Shown here piece after piece: positions 91,388 through 105,299 of a stretch of DNA of 124,000 nt. The DNA is taken from contig NW_008806276.1 of assembly GCF_000400465.1 (NCBI RefSeq), positions 144,001-268,000 of the forward strand, given 5' to 3'. A program made the position numbers and the translations under genes. This DNA comes from Wallemia ichthyophaga EXF-994. Its lineage: Eukaryota > Fungi > Basidiomycota. The notes under the pieces are model-generated. The model saw only the letters and a program-made list of their open reading frames with translations. It did no database searches and was not told the origin of the DNA. The stretch's first letter is position 1, and each line of letters starts with the position of its first letter.

Positions 91388-93067
91388 ATGCTGGCTTCGA
91401 TGATTTCGATGGGTTTGAAGAGCGGCGGCCCATCCACGCCCCTCAAGCAGTCCACCTCACAGCTCAAGACGATATTCGCTCTCGCTTCCGCCCCAGGCAA
91501 GGCAGGTATAGCTGTTGTGCGAGTATCTGGACCGGACGTGCGGCGGGTCTACGATGCATTAACGCCAACGCCAACGCACAAGCAACGCAGACTGCCGCAA
91601 GAGCGGGTGATGGTGAACAGAAGCATCGTGAATCCATCGACTAAGGAAGTCATCGACAGGGCGCTGCTGGTGTATTTTGCGGGTGTGTTTTGGTTGTTAA
91701 TGCGCACACACACACTCACACACCCACCCACTCATAGCTCCGCGCTCGTTCACCTCGCAGGATACACTAGAACTGCATCTGCATGGCGGCAACGCCGTCG
91801 TGGGGGCAGCGCTCAACGCAATCGCTTGTATAGACGGTTGCAGACCAGCTGAGAGGGGTGAATTTGCCAGACGAGCTTTCGAGTCGCATAAATTGGATCT
91901 TACTGAGATCGAAGGATTGAGGGATCTCGTTGATGCTGAAACGGAAATGCAGCGTAGATTGGCATTGCGGCAGTCGAGTGTGCGTCGATTGCTTGTTATT
92001 GTCTTGGTATATCTTACGCGGATCAGGGCGCTGTTAGACAGCAATACGACGATATGCGCTTGGATATCATTCACGCACTCTCCATCGTGGAAGCCGTGAT
92101 AGATTTTGGGGAAGATGAGCAGATTGAGGAAGGCGTTTTAAGTCAAGGTAGGTGTGTGTGTGTGAGGTGATAATGTCTAACACTTGCACCTTCTTTGCAC
92201 TTGATTCAGCCACGCAAAACACGCGTGATCTCGCCGCTAAAATCGAGAAACACCTCCATGATAACAGAAGAGGTGAAATTGTTCGCAGCGGGATTCGTTT
92301 GGCGATTTACGGCCCTCCTAACGCGGGGAAATCAACACTACTCAATCGCTTGGCTAGAAGAGAGGCTGCTATAGTATCACATCTCCCAGGTACTACACGC
92401 GACGTTATCCAACTTAGTCTCAATTTGGGTGGATATCCTGTCTTGGTTTCCGACACAGCCGGCGTGCGCACGACGGATGAAGAAATTGAGCAAATGGGTG
92501 TTAAAAGGGCTGTAGAAGAGTAGGTTGCGTTGTGATGTTCAAATCATCCACTGATTCGCTATCAGAGCCCGCCAGGCAGATATCACACTCGTCGTTCTTG
92601 ACTTGCCTGTTTTATTACAGGAGGGTAGACTTGATGTGGATTTGAAACACATTTCCAAAGACTCAATCGTACTTTTAAATAAATCAGACAGTCTCACCGC
92701 CCCATTGAATCAGACACAACTTGATAAAGTGAAGAAGCTGCTAGAACCATTTGAGAATGTGTTTGCTGGCAGTGTCAAGCAGGAGGCGGCTTTAGAGGAG
92801 TTTTTATTCACTTTAACAAACAATATCAAGCAGCAATTCGATATAGGTATGGCTGACATGCCAATCATCACAGATGCTAGACATCGATACCATCTCGAGC
92901 AGTGTCTGCAATTCCTCAAGGCTTTCATAGGCACACCCTCGAATGCGCCTGTAGAAGCTGCAGAGGAGCTGCGTTATGCCGCACTTGCGTTGGGTAGGGT
93001 GACTGGGAGAGTTGACGTGGAGGACGTATTAGACGCACTCTTTGCGGGTTTTTGCATCGGCAAGTAA
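91388..93067 (+). CDS. MSS1: Mitochondrial tRNA-modification GTPase (MnmE/GTPBP3)
   Basis: [38 protein letters not shown] end. Confidence 0.92.
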
Positions 93068-93184
93068 ATGTAAACAAACAAAAGTAAAAGGAAACACCAT
93101 TTAAACGACCATTACAAGCTCCCTCTCGAAAATTAACAAAAATTCCGTAGGTGTAGCGTGCGCATGCATAACGACTGTAATAAT

Positions 93185-93841
93185 CTAGAAGAGACGGTGA
93201 GCCTTACCCATAGTGCTCTTGATGTGAAGAGACTTGACGTTTTGCCAGTTCTTCTTAAGAAGAGAAACGAGGAAGTTTACAGCAAGCATAATGTTTGCGA
93301 CGAGCTCATCCTCGGACATGGTAACGTGACCAACGGCGACAGCCAAACAGAGAACCTTCTTAAGTTGGAACTTGATGGTTGACTTGACTTCGGTGGTCTT
93401 CTTCTCGAGGTCCTCTGAGTGAGAGACTGGGGTTGGGAACTTACCAGCCTTAGACAAACCAGGACCAAGCAAACGAGGAATCTGCTTGATGAGAGCCTCG
93501 GAAGCGACGAAAGCATCGTACTTCTTTGCGAGCTTCTTGACGAGCTTCTTGTTCTTGTTGAGCTTCTTCAAATCTTCAACAGACATGAACTCAAGGCCCA
93601 TAAGCTTAGCACGATCGATATCGGCAGCGTCACCAAGAAGGCAGAGAGCCATTCTAGGTCTTGGGACGTGTGGAAGCTTGATAGTACCAGAGAAACGCTT
93701 GTCTCTTTGTGGGTCGTAGTTCTTGAGACCAATTTGGAGCTCAACGGTCTCGACAAAGTTTCTCTTGTTCTCAGGCTTAGCACTTTGCTCAAGTACGTCC
93801 TTGACCTGCGCACGGACTGTGGAAGTTGGTAACTTGCTCAT
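93185..93841 (-). CDS. RPL1: 60S ribosomal protein uL1
   Basis: [25 protein letters not shown]. Confidence 0.97.
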   Translation of the reverse strand: MSKLPTSTVRAQVKDVLEQSAKPENKRNFVETVELQIGLKNYDPQRDKRFSGTIKLPHVPRPRMALCLLGDAADIDRAKLMGLEFMSVEDLKKLNKNKKLVKKLAKKYDAFVASEALIKQIPRLLGPGLSKAGKFPTPVSHSEDLEKKTTEVKSTIKFQLKKVLCLAVAVGHVTMSEDELVANIMLAVNFLVSLLKKNWQNVKSLHIKSTMGKAHRLF

Positions 93842-94044
93842 AGTGGTCGTCGTGAAGAGAGAAGGCGAGGTGAAAATTGGTCAAATTTGAAGTTTGAAAA
93901 TTGGAGTGTATGTGGGGGGATTGGGAGGGATATTTTAATTAGAATGGGGGTTTTATATATCTACTCACTGACAACAGAAATTCCGCAACTTACAAACCAA
94001 TTTACACCTATTCACAACCCCTTGCATCCCAACACCCACTCAAA

Positions 94045-96785
94045 ATGGGAAAATTCCTAAAGAAACATGCAAAAGGCAGAATTGACAAGTACTATCGTAT
94101 GGCCAAAGATCGTGGCTATCGAAGCCGTGCTTACTTCAAGCTGGCTGAGCTGAATAAGCGCTTTAACTTTATCGAGAAGAGTCGCATAGCTGTGGATTTA
94201 GGTGCAGCTGTTAGTATTCACTATTGATTTTCAATCAACGCTAATAAAAATAAAGCCTGGGTCTTGGTTACAGAATTTATCGAGTAGTATGCCTCATGGT
94301 TCTCTTATCATTGGTGGGCATTTCCATTGAATTCAAGTGAAGGCTTATAACTTTATAGGTGTTGATTTGGTTCCTATTGTTCCTATTCCACGTGTTACTA
94401 CCTTTGTTGCTGACTTAACAACTCAACATTGCAAGCAACTCATTACCAATGAAATGAAGGGAAACCTCGCTGACTTGGTTGTCCACGACGGTGCTCCTAA
94501 CGTTGGTGCTGCTTGGTTACAGGACGCTTTCGCTCAAAATGAGCTTGTACTCGCTAGTTTGAAGATTGCTGCTGAAATTCTTGAAAAGGGCGGTACTTTC
94601 GTCACAAAAGTGTTCAGATCAAAGGATTACAATAACCTCATGTGGGTTTTCAATCAACTCTTCAAAAACGTGAACGCAACAAAGCCAAACAGCTCTAGAT
94701 TGGTTTCTGCTGAGTTATTCGTCGTTTGTCAAGATTTTATTGCTCCTCAAAAGCTCGATCCTCGCTTCTTAGATCCTAAATACGTTTTCAAAGATATCGC
94801 TGCACTTGCTTCCGATTCTGGTAAAGGTTCTGCTGCTGCAAACGCTCACGCCAATGTCTTTATGCCTGAGAAGAAGACAAGAAAGAGGGAAGGTTATGAG
94901 GAAGGCAATTACCTTCAATTCAAAGCAATCAGTGCAACTGATTTCATCGAAAGCACTGAACCTGTCACAATACTTGGTACTCACAACGCAATAACCTTCA
95001 AATCAAAGGAAGATAAGAAGTTGTTGAAAAATGAAGACACCACCGATGACATTAAAGCTAATTGCGAAGATCTCAAAGTGTTAGGAAAGAAAGAATTTAA
95101 ACAACTAATGAAATGGAGACTAATTATACGCGAAGAGATGGGTCTCGAAGTTAGAAAGAAAGACATTAAAGAAGACGTTGACGATGCAGGTCAGTCAAAG
95201 GTTGAAGAGCATCCAATGAATCAAGATGAGCAAATAGCTGAGGAGATTGAGCGTATAGAAAACGAAGACTCAGCCCGTGCTAGAAAAGAACGTAGAAGAC
95301 GCAATGAGAAGCGTGCAAGGGAAGTTCAACGTATGCAGCTTAAGATGGGTGCACCACTTGATATCGGTTTGGAACAAGATGAACAGCTCCAAGATGATGT
95401 CTACCTCCCAGGCAACAAATCTAAACAGGACATGTTTGATTTGAAGCACTCTCAAAAACACATTAAAGGACGCAATCTCGATGAAATGGATGAGGATGAT
95501 GCATCTTCTGAAGAAGAAATCGAAGCTCCAAAATTCGAAGATGCTTATGAAGATGAGGAAGACAAGGTCGTTCGTCTTGAATCTCAAATGGATGGTATGT
95601 ATGAAAAGTACCAAGAAAAACTGCAAGACAGAGACCGTAAGCATCAAGTAAAGGAGGCACGTCGGAAAGATAAGAATAGAGAGGCTTGGGGTGGTATTCC
95701 TCGTCGTGGCGATGACGATGATGAGGATGATGATGATGAAGAGAATGAAGAAGAGGAAGAAGAGGAGTCTGAAGGAGAACACGGCTACGATGCTAAAGAA
95801 AAACGTAGCATGCAGCTTGACCAAGACTCGTCCGATGAAGAGGAGGAAAATGCCGGAAAGTCTAAGAAGTCAACAAAAAAACCGAAGAAAGCAGACAATG
95901 CTCAAGATGAAGCCGCTGCTAGTGTTTGGTTCGGTAATCCACTCTTCAATGGTGCTGATGGTATTGACGAAGAAAGCGAGGAGGAAGAAGACGACAAGCA
96001 ATCTGAGGATGAGTCAATGGAGGAAGACGAGAAACCCCAACAAGACAAAGAAGAGGACGAAGAATCTGACGGATTTGAAGTAGTACCTCAAGAAGACGAC
96101 GGTCAAATGTGGGATGTCGACGATGAGGATCAAGATGCAGTTCGTCAAAAGCGTATCGAAGGTGTGTATAGCGTAATCTTGCATTACTGTACTGACCATT
96201 TTAGACACTGGATTAATTACTGAAGAGGCTATGTCGATGGCTTACCGTTTGAAGAATGGTATGACCACCAAGCAGCAGCTTATAGATGATGGTTTCAACA
96301 AAAACGCCACTAACGATAGAGAGAATCTGCCTGATTGGTTCACCTCGGACGAGCGTAAGAACTACAAGGTCCACGTACCGATCACCAAGGAAGCAGTCGA
96401 CGCTTTGAAGGCTAGACAGAGAGCTATTGACGCACGTCCAATTAAGAAACTTGCTGAAGCGAAAGCCAAGAAGAAGTACAAGGCAACAAAGGCTGCTGAA
96501 AAGGCTGCGGCCAAGGCTGAGACTGTGATGGAGAATCAAGAGCTCACTGAAAAAGAGAAAGCTATGGGTGTACAGAAGATGATCAACAAGACGAAAGCCA
96601 ACGCTAACAAGAAGCGTGAAGTGAAGCTTGTTGTTGCTAAAGGTGCAGCTAAGGGTGTGAAGGGACGTCCAAAGGGAGTTAGTGGACGTTATAGAATGGT
96701 GGATAGGCGTTTCAAGACAGATATTAGAGGTATGCGCAATGCTAAGAGGCGTGCAGTAAACAACAAGAAACGTCGTAATGGTTAG
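94045..96785 (+). CDS. SPB1: AdoMet-dependent 25S rRNA methyltransferase
   Basis: [37 protein letters not shown]. Confidence 0.94.
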
Positions 96786-96843
96786 TAAATTGTATAATAG
96801 GGATAATTCAAGAATATATTTATTTATATCCATTACAATCATC

Positions 96844-98529
96844 ATGATTGACGGGCTTATTGTTTTGAACAAGGATGGGTAGGGGAATAGCAAGATATGG
96901 AATTTGTTCTAAATTTTTGTAGAAATGCGTTGCTGCACTCGAGCTTTAAGCAACCAAGCTTTTACCCAGCTATACACATTGACACATACAACTACAAGCA
97001 ACCAATTGAGCCTTTTTTCACAGTAGATACACCCCCAAATGGATCATTTAGTAGTTTTATACGGGTCAATGATATCGTAATCTTATGTCCATTCAATAAG
97101 AATGGTACGTGAAATGCTTAGCGCTGTCTCGACATCTAAATAAGCCCAGTGGACCTGTCGATCCCAATATCGTTCATTCAATTAACTATTAAGCTGCTAG
97201 TTGATTACTTTGGCAAGCTCAATGAGTCTGTAGTACGCGATAACTTTGACATCATCTACCAGGTTGGTGTTATACTGTTGCAAACAAAGCCCACAACTGA
97301 GTTTTATAGCTTATGGAAGAAATACTCGATAATGGCTTCCCTGTTACCACGGAAACTGCCGTTTTGAGCGATATCGTCGTTCCGCCTTCGACGCTGTCCA
97401 AGCTCATGTCGTCAGCTGGAATGAATGTGAAGAGGTTAGCGGGTGTGTTTGGGTGTTAATATTTCGCTTACGCTCATCAGTCAACCAAACGTTAGACCTT
97501 ACGCATCGCCAATCACATGGAGGAAGGCGGGCGTCAAGCACAATAACAATGAAATATTCTTCAATGTTATCGAGTCGATAGATGCGATTGTTGATAAGCA
97601 CGGAAATGCAGTCATGGCTGAGATCAATGGACAAATTGAGTGTGATTCGAGACTGTCTGGTGGGTAAAGCCGAGATATCTGACATAATTCTCATCATTGC
97701 GTCAAGGCACTCCCGACATACTATTAACATTGAAGAATTCCACTTCGATTGAAAAAACATCCCAGCATGCATGCATAAGGTAGATAGAAAACGTCTCTAT
97801 TATGAATAACACTCAAACCTTTCCACAGATACCAGCGTTGGATTAGAGAACGCGTTCTCTCATTCGTTCCACCAGACGGCCGTTTTAGATTGATTTCCTT
97901 CGAACCTAAAGTGAAACCTCGCTTGCCGATAAGCAGTAAATGCTCGATGAAGGTGTCCCCCTATGAAGGTAAGAAAGCTGTTTTGTTTGAGTGGATTGGT
98001 TTACCTTTTTTGCAGGTAACTTTGAATTAATTTTGACAAATACTGTCGGAAAGAAGATGGAGGGTGTTGAGTTGAGTATATTTCTCGGACACGGTGCAGT
98101 GTCTGCACGGGGCGAGTGTAAGAAGAAAAACACACCTTCTGGGAGCAAGGCAATAAGCTCGAACGAGTTCGATCATGTCACCAAGGTTTGTAGACAGCTA
98201 GATGAAAGCCTTAGCCTGAGCTGACAGGTAACTCCAGATATTCAAATGGAACATATCCCATATAGAACCAACTAGCGTACATACCCTGACTGCAAACTTC
98301 AAATCAAGGTGGGTTTCTACGGTTGACTTTGCTTTATGAGTTTACCTTGCAAAACAGCGAAGAATCACCACGACCCGAGACTGCGTTCGGAGTCAACTTC
98401 AGAATACCTCAGCATACAGCTTCTGGAGTCCAGATTGATGGTGTCAAAATCGCAGGCGATGCTGGCTACAAGCCATACAAAGGATTCAAGGGTGAACTGA
98501 CAAGTGGAAGCTACGAAATACGTTGGTAA
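96844..98529 (+). CDS. APM3: AP-3 adaptor medium (mu) subunit, many introns
   Basis: VVRDNFDIIYQL, PITWRKAGVKHNNNEIFF, SFVPPDG, YKPYKGFKG. Confidence 0.82.
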
Positions 98530-98613
98530 CAAGTAGAAGATAGAAACATGTATTATTTTCATATTTACTTTGTCTTCTCTCGTACGTCATCCGTCATCCG
98601 TCATCCTCACACT

Positions 98614-99971
98614 ATGAGTTTCATACCGCGTACAAACTTCATTTATCCCTCTCGAGCACCTAGTTGGTATATAGGGCATATGAGCAAAGGGATGAGAATT
98701 ATGACGGAGCAGCTCAATACAATCGATGTGATTATAGAAGCGAGAGATGCGCGTATACCGCTTACAGGGATAAATTATCAGTTTGAAAAGATGATTAAGA
98801 GTGGCTGGTCTAATAGAGCCAAGCTCGGCGGTATCACTGAGCGTATCGTAGTTTATACGAAGCGTGATCTCGCCGAAGAAAGATATGAGGGTGTGAGGAT
98901 GCTGCTTTAGAAGGCTAGGATTCCCTAACACAGCTGCCAGCCTCTGATACGCTCGTTCAAAAACTTGGCTGGTCAGCATGTCGTCTTTACCGATAGCAAG
99001 AACGACAAAGATCCACGCGTCGTTCAGCGGCAGCTTGTCTGTGGGTGCGTGTCGTAGCTTTCGATATGTCTAACGCACAACAGCCATTGCTAAAGAACAC
99101 GACGTCCCGAAACTCAATGTACTCGTCACCGGTATGCCAAATGTCGGTAAATCAACTTTTTTGAATGCGCTGAGAAGGGTAGGAGTACACAAAGGTTGGC
99201 TTCATATCGTAATGCTATAGTGTGCTGATAATAGTGTTAGGAAAGGCAGCTATTACAGGCTCAGATCCTGGCGTTACTCGCAAACTAACAGGCACTGTCA
99301 AGATAAATGAAGATCCTAACGTCTATATATACGATACACCCGGAATAATGGTACCGTTTCTTGGCCATGATGAAATGGGATTGGAAATGGGCCTAAAGCT
99401 AGCATTGACATGTGTGTGGATGACTTTGCATACATCCATTGACTCACACAGGCCATCGCAGCGGGAATTAAGCCCGATTTGATAGAGACGGAAACAATAC
99501 TTGATTATTTACTTTACAAACTCAATTTGAGAGACGCTGCCCAACGTTAGTTAGAAATTATATTACGCTATGTCATAACTGATCGGCTTGATAGATTCTC
99601 CGTACCAATCGCAACTACCGCTAGGGAAGAATTATCCTCCAACAAATGACATATACACACTGCTGGAAGACTTGGGCAGACGCATAGGTGCGCTTCGGAA
99701 AGGTGGGATTGTCGATATAGATAATTCATCGCAGTTCCTTATAAACGCAATGCGCCATGGCAAGTTTGGTCGGTGGACATTAGATGATTTTCCAGGAAAT
99801 GGTGAAGATAGTGTAGATTCGCGCGTACACTCCACTCTCAAGACTCATATCGATAGACAGCAACACAACATAGACAACGAGAATGAGCGTCGGAGTAAAT
99901 CGAGTATCCTAAAGCAGGAAAAGAGGGAAGCGGCTGCAAAACGCAAAGAGAAGCATAAAAAAAGACAGTAG
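98614..99971 (+). CDS. MTG1: Mitochondrial circularly permuted GTPase (RbgA/YlqF family)
   Basis: WYIGHM, IEARDARIPLTG, GMPNVGKS, YDTPGI. Confidence 0.88.
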
Positions 99972-100119
99972 ATTGCATGTTTAGTTATTTGTAGTAATAC
100001 ATATGGATTTTTAGATCTAGAAAACTAAAAGAAGCTCTATAATACACATCTTGAATAAATATGCACCTTTTGCAAGTATTGAAAGGAGAGTGGCTCCAAG
100101 GAACCAACGATATCCGGAA

Positions 100120-100489
100120 TTAAGAGCCAGACGATGCAGACGTCGATACTGGCTTGGAAGCGCTGGGATTAGAAGCAAAAAGCAAGCTACCGCCATCGTA
100201 GCTATCCTCCAACATTATCGAACCACGCCTCTCGACACCACCACCATTGGAGGAGTTTGACAACTGCGAAGACTTCAACTTGGGGGTTGAGAGTGGAGTA
100301 GAGTTGTTGTTGTTACTACTGCTGTTGTTGGGACACATTGTTTGTATGAGTTGCTTCTGCCGGAATTCGGTCAAAATTTCAGTGCACCGCAATAGTCACC
100401 ATCACTCACCCTGATCGCTTGTATATCTAGCTCATGCTGGCCTACGTGACTTTCTTTGAAACTGCTGATCAGTTCCTCAATTTCCATTA
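100120..100489 (-). CDS. Small hypothetical protein (one intron)
   Basis: MEIEELISS... exon joined by a GT-AG intron to an S/N-rich ORF. Confidence 0.35.
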
Positions 100490-100612
100490 TCAATCTTTAT
100501 CGCGATCGAGGTTGGAGCGAGCGAGTCAATCACACTATCTGCCGTAAAATAAAATTGTAGAAATGTAGAACATGAATGGAAATGTAATAACTTATCAAGA
100601 AGAGATATCTAT

Positions 100613-102733
100613 CTATGTACTTTTCTTCTTCTTGTCTTTCTGCTGCTTCTTTTTTATATCCTTCTTCTTGGATTCGAGAAGAGCGTGCTAGAGTTTTGTG
100701 AGTACGCGCTACTATTTCACACAACCCACTTACCTCATCCGTTTGGCGTTTCTGGGAGTGCTTAACTTTGTTGTAGAGCTTGCGCTGCTTAGATCCCATC
100801 ATTAAGTGTGCCATATCGTCATCCTCCTTTTCTTTGCCGCCGGAAGTATTCTGCTGAGGGCAAATGTGTTAGCGGAAAATTTCGGGAATTTCCAAGTGAA
100901 GCTAGTCTCACCTTCTTTGAGGACTTGGAAGACTTCTTGGCCTTCTTGAGTTCAGCTTCGAACACATCATGGGAAATACCGAGCTGTTCTGCTTCAAGTT
101001 CGGCTGCGTCGTGTAATGACTCGTCATTTGGATTCTGAGCAGCAGCAATAAGCGCTTCGGTAGGATATTTACTCTTAGGTGCTTCTTGTGCTTGCTCCTT
101101 CTCTTCTTCGTCTTCTTGCATGTCCTCATCTTGCACGTCCTCATCCTCTTCTCCCTCCTCCTCATCTTCGGCAGCCTCTTTCTCTTCAATCTCCAGACCA
101201 GGTACATAGGCTTCTTCGTCAGCAACTTCGAATGGTGACATATGTGGGGGGAGCGTCTCTCCAGGTGCGTATGGTTCAGTTGGAAGCAATCTCCCGGCAT
101301 TTGCCGAGTCAACGATCCATTGTGGTTGAATGTACGCTCTCTTGAGGTTGAGCTCTTTCAAACGAGCTGGAAGGTGTGGTCTGTCGACGACCATGTGAGT
101401 GATACGAGCATCTGTCTCGTCAGGTACTGGTGAGCCACCACCGAGAGTAGTCATATCCCATCCAACCTGACCACCGAATGAACGGATCACAAACTCTAAA
101501 GTGGGTCTTGTAACCTCCCTTGAGAGATAGAAAGTGTATGGTGCAAAGAGGTTTGCACGTGCGGATTCAAACTTGGAGTTGGCGAGGAGAGTGTTTAGCG
101601 ATTGGCCAATATCAGTTGAGGCTTCAACGTTTTTTGATGGCTGCTCAACGAACTCTTCTGGTGCAGGAAGACCTTGTTGGTCGTCTTGAACATTTTCTTG
101701 TTCTTCAAGTTGATCGTCAGCTGGAGGAGCAGCTGTTTGACCAATTTGATTGATTTGCTTGCGAACATCTTTGGCGCTAACCTTAGCACTCTCAGCGACG
101801 TCATCTTCGCCAGATTTAGTGAGTGCACCTGATGCTTCTCTCAAATTGAAAGCACCAATACCAGCGCCAGTACCATCTTTGTCAATGTCGAGTGGTGGTG
101901 GGTAAACCAAGTTTATATCGTTATATAACTTGTAGAAGACGAAGCCAGTGAGTGTTTGATACAACTCCAAGAAGGTCATCAAGATTCTAAAATCAACATC
102001 TTCTGGAATGTGCTGAGTGAACATGTATGGAACTAACCACCTAATTGGTCTACCTTCCACTTCAGCTTCAAAGTAAACACCTTTGATTGATAAGAAAATT
102101 TTTCTGAGAGACTTTGTACGCATAACGTATAGTTGCCATTGAGCGGATAGTTTAGCGCAATTGTCGATGATGTCAGCAGGGATTCTGCTGTTAGCAGGTA
102201 AGTGGCTAAAGAGCATAATAAGTGAAATAGCATCAGGAAGATCGTTGAGAGTGGATTGGAATGTAGGATAACGCTCCCTAATGATATGATCTAATCTATA
102301 CTCAGGCTTTTGATTGTCCTCAATTGCCTTGGCTTGAACGAGCTCATTGCGGCCAATAAGCTTTGAAATCTTCTTTGCAAAAGACTTGTATTCTCTAAGG
102401 CTGTTGAGCAATGGCTCATGCTGCAAGTAAACGATATCTTTGGTGTAATAGAAAGCCTTTGGAGCTGTTGAGCCTTTATTAGCCTTCTTCTTGTTTCTAG
102501 GTTCTCTAGGAAAGATTCCTGTGGGTTACTTGTGAGCTCATTCTCCAGAATATTAGAGTTATCACCCACCCTTCAAAATACAGAGCCTTCTGAAGTCTGC
102601 GAGTGATATCTGCAATTTCTTAATTGCCTGGTTTTGTTAGAATATTTCAAGCACTTTCAAGTAAACACACTTGGTTTCTGGTCATGTAATTCTTCACGGC
102701 TCCCTTTTCATTCTTCTTTGTTATTCTACCCAT
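100613..102733 (-). CDS. NOP7: Pescadillo homolog
   Basis: FYYTKDIVYLQHEP, ERYPTF, BRCT QPQWIVDS. Confidence 0.94.
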
Positions 102734-102847
102734 ATTGTACTCCTCGCCGTTGCTATCGAAGAGAGAAGTCGGGGATTTGTTATAAATTTGTGATAAATGA
102801 TTATATTTTACAATTCAGCGTGTACTCATCAAGTATTGTACACTTCC

Positions 102848-103388
102848 TCACGCTTTTTCACGCTTTATTTGGGCATTATTGGTGGCAGGAGACCGGGAAT
102901 TGTCTTGCAACGCTTCAGTTGGTATGTTCCCCTGTACATCAGATAACGCGCCTTTAAGTATGTAAATGTAGTCAGCTTCTTTAGTACCCAGCTTTATATC
103001 CTGTTTTGAGAGGAAAAGTGGTGCGTTGTGGGTATACGCTACAACAACTGTGCATCGTGGGCAACTGAGCCTATGTTGACGCTCACACATGCCATCTTTC
103101 CTGTTTGAAGGGTTTGTCAGTCATTCTTCGCAATCTATTTAATCTTCAGAACCTTTGAAGCATACAAGGCGTCTGCGATATCGCAGAAACCTTGAATTTG
103201 CGCTTTGTTGATTCATTTCCAGCATTATGCGTTATAATCACGCTTCCATCCGTTTTCCGCGTTGGAAGAAGGTCGATGGGCTTATCAACAACGAGCTGTA
103301 TGCGAGTGTTTAGAGTGTTTATTGTCTAATGAGCATCACTACATACGATAAACTCCCCGCAAATACAATAATAGCTCTTTAATTGCAT
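102848..103388 (-). CDS. STEEP1/CXorf56 (UPF0428) homolog, two introns
   Basis: YYCICGEFILVVDKPIDLLPTRKTDGS...ERQHRLSCPRC. Confidence 0.7.
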
Positions 103389-103436
103389 TTCACAAGTCTT
103401 GGTGGTCGTCTTCCTCCTTCATCAACTAAACTTGGA

Positions 103437-105086
103437 ATGCAGCACAACAAGGAAATTATTGAGGACTCTACCACTTTTCCCGATAAACCAATCAAGCGCT
103501 TAGTCTTGGATGCCGCTCCTTTGCTCACTCAAGCCCCTATTCGTGGAATGGCACAAGAATTCTACACAACTCCTCACGTTATACAGGAATTGAGGGATGA
103601 GAAATCAAAGAAGCATCTAGAAATGCTTGAGATTCAAGGTGTTCATATAAATGTACAACAACCTGATCCAATCAGTTACGCAAAAGGTTCGATTCAATAA
103701 GCTTTTCATTTTCTCATTCGTCTCACTTAAATGCAGTTTCTAGCTTCTCAAAGCTTACTGGTGACTACAGCGTTTTGTCCGGTCCTGATATGGGTATTCT
103801 TGCGCTTACATATGCACTGGAAGTGAAAGAGAATGGTACTGTTAGATTGAGAGACGCACCCGGCAAAGTGGGTTTCCTGGATTCCCGTCGAAATATCTTA
103901 CATGATTATCCTCAGTCAACAGCAAAGAAACCTGTACAAAATCAGATCACAGACCCTAACTCGCCATCAACTTCATCACCAGCAATAGGTGATAAGCTGT
104001 CTGAAAAAATACAAAACGTTACTCTAGATGAGACGCCAAAGGGAAGGCAAGAACAAGATCAGCAGGATCCCCGTGCTCAACAACCTCATCAACAACCCGC
104101 TGAGGAAGAATTCACAACAGTATCAAAGGGTATGTCAATAGCAGCAAAACCACGCCGCAACAAGAACACACAGTCTCAGGATGACTTTGGAAGTATACAG
104201 GTTGATGATAAGAGTGAAGGGGAAGACGAATCAGATGATGAAGATGCAGGTGACTGGATCACACCAGATAACGTAGAAGATCACAAAGCAGTTGATCTCG
104301 GTCACCAGACAATTCAAGAGCAGTCGAAGAAGGATACATCAAAGAAGCCGCCCGTATTCCTAAAAGCGGCATGCATGACAGCTGATTTTGCTATGCAAAA
104401 TGTACTCATACAGATAGGACTCAATCTGGTTGGTACAAATGGACAGAGAATCAAAAGCGCCAAGAGCTGGGTACTCAGATGTCATGCTTGTTTTAAGTAA
104501 GTAATTTCCTACTAAAAACCTGCGTCTCACATTCCCAATAAAGACTCTGCAGAGATCAGTCAAAAAGGTTCTGCCCCGCTTGTGGTAACAGCACTCTTTT
104601 GAGAACGTCAATAACAACATATGCACCTAAATCAGCAGATGCTGCACCTGTAGTTAAGGTACACTTGAAGAAGAACTTCCAGTACAAGAATAGAGGTACC
104701 AAGTACTCTATTCCTGCATCTAGAGTTGGTAGCTCCAAGACTGGCAGTGGACTGCCGTTGATATTGCGAGAGGATGATCCAGATTTCCAAAGATCGGTGC
104801 ACGCCGACCAAGTTGCAAAGCGCAAAGAGGAAAAAGCGCTGATGAGATCTCTCGAAAAGGGAAAAGCAGGCACCAGTGGTTTTACGTGAGTTTATGGACT
104901 TTTCATATGAGTCAAAGATCTGACGTAATTCTAAAAGCGGCCAATGGATGGATCCTGACTGGTTACCAGGATTGCTTGCGCCTGACGCAAATGCTAGGCG
105001 GACGGGAGGTAGAGGCCCTGCTCGCATAGGTCATGGACGGAGGAACCCGAACGAAGTACGCAAGCAGGGCAAGAAAAAGAAGTAGA
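103437..105086 (+). CDS. NOB1: 20S pre-rRNA D-site endonuclease
   Basis: PIN LVLDA, CMTADFAMQNVL, WVLRCHACF zinc ribbon. Confidence 0.92.
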
Positions 105087-105299
105087 GAAAGAAGATAAGT
105101 GTATTTGAAGATATACAGTGCATTTGTTTATAGATGTAAAAATTTTATAATTGTTAAGATAACGGAAAGTAGGGTTGTAGAATGGATTATAAGGTATGTA
105201 AAGGGCTGGTTATTTCAGAAAACAAGAGTGGCTGAGCTGCTGTAGCCGCTCGAATCCTCAAGACACTTCTTCATCGCCGGCCACCAAGACCCGATGAAG

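Noticed and set aside
98614-99971. Circularly permuted GTPase fold of MTG1
   Set aside because: A well-known family property, unrelated to the permuted tRNA.
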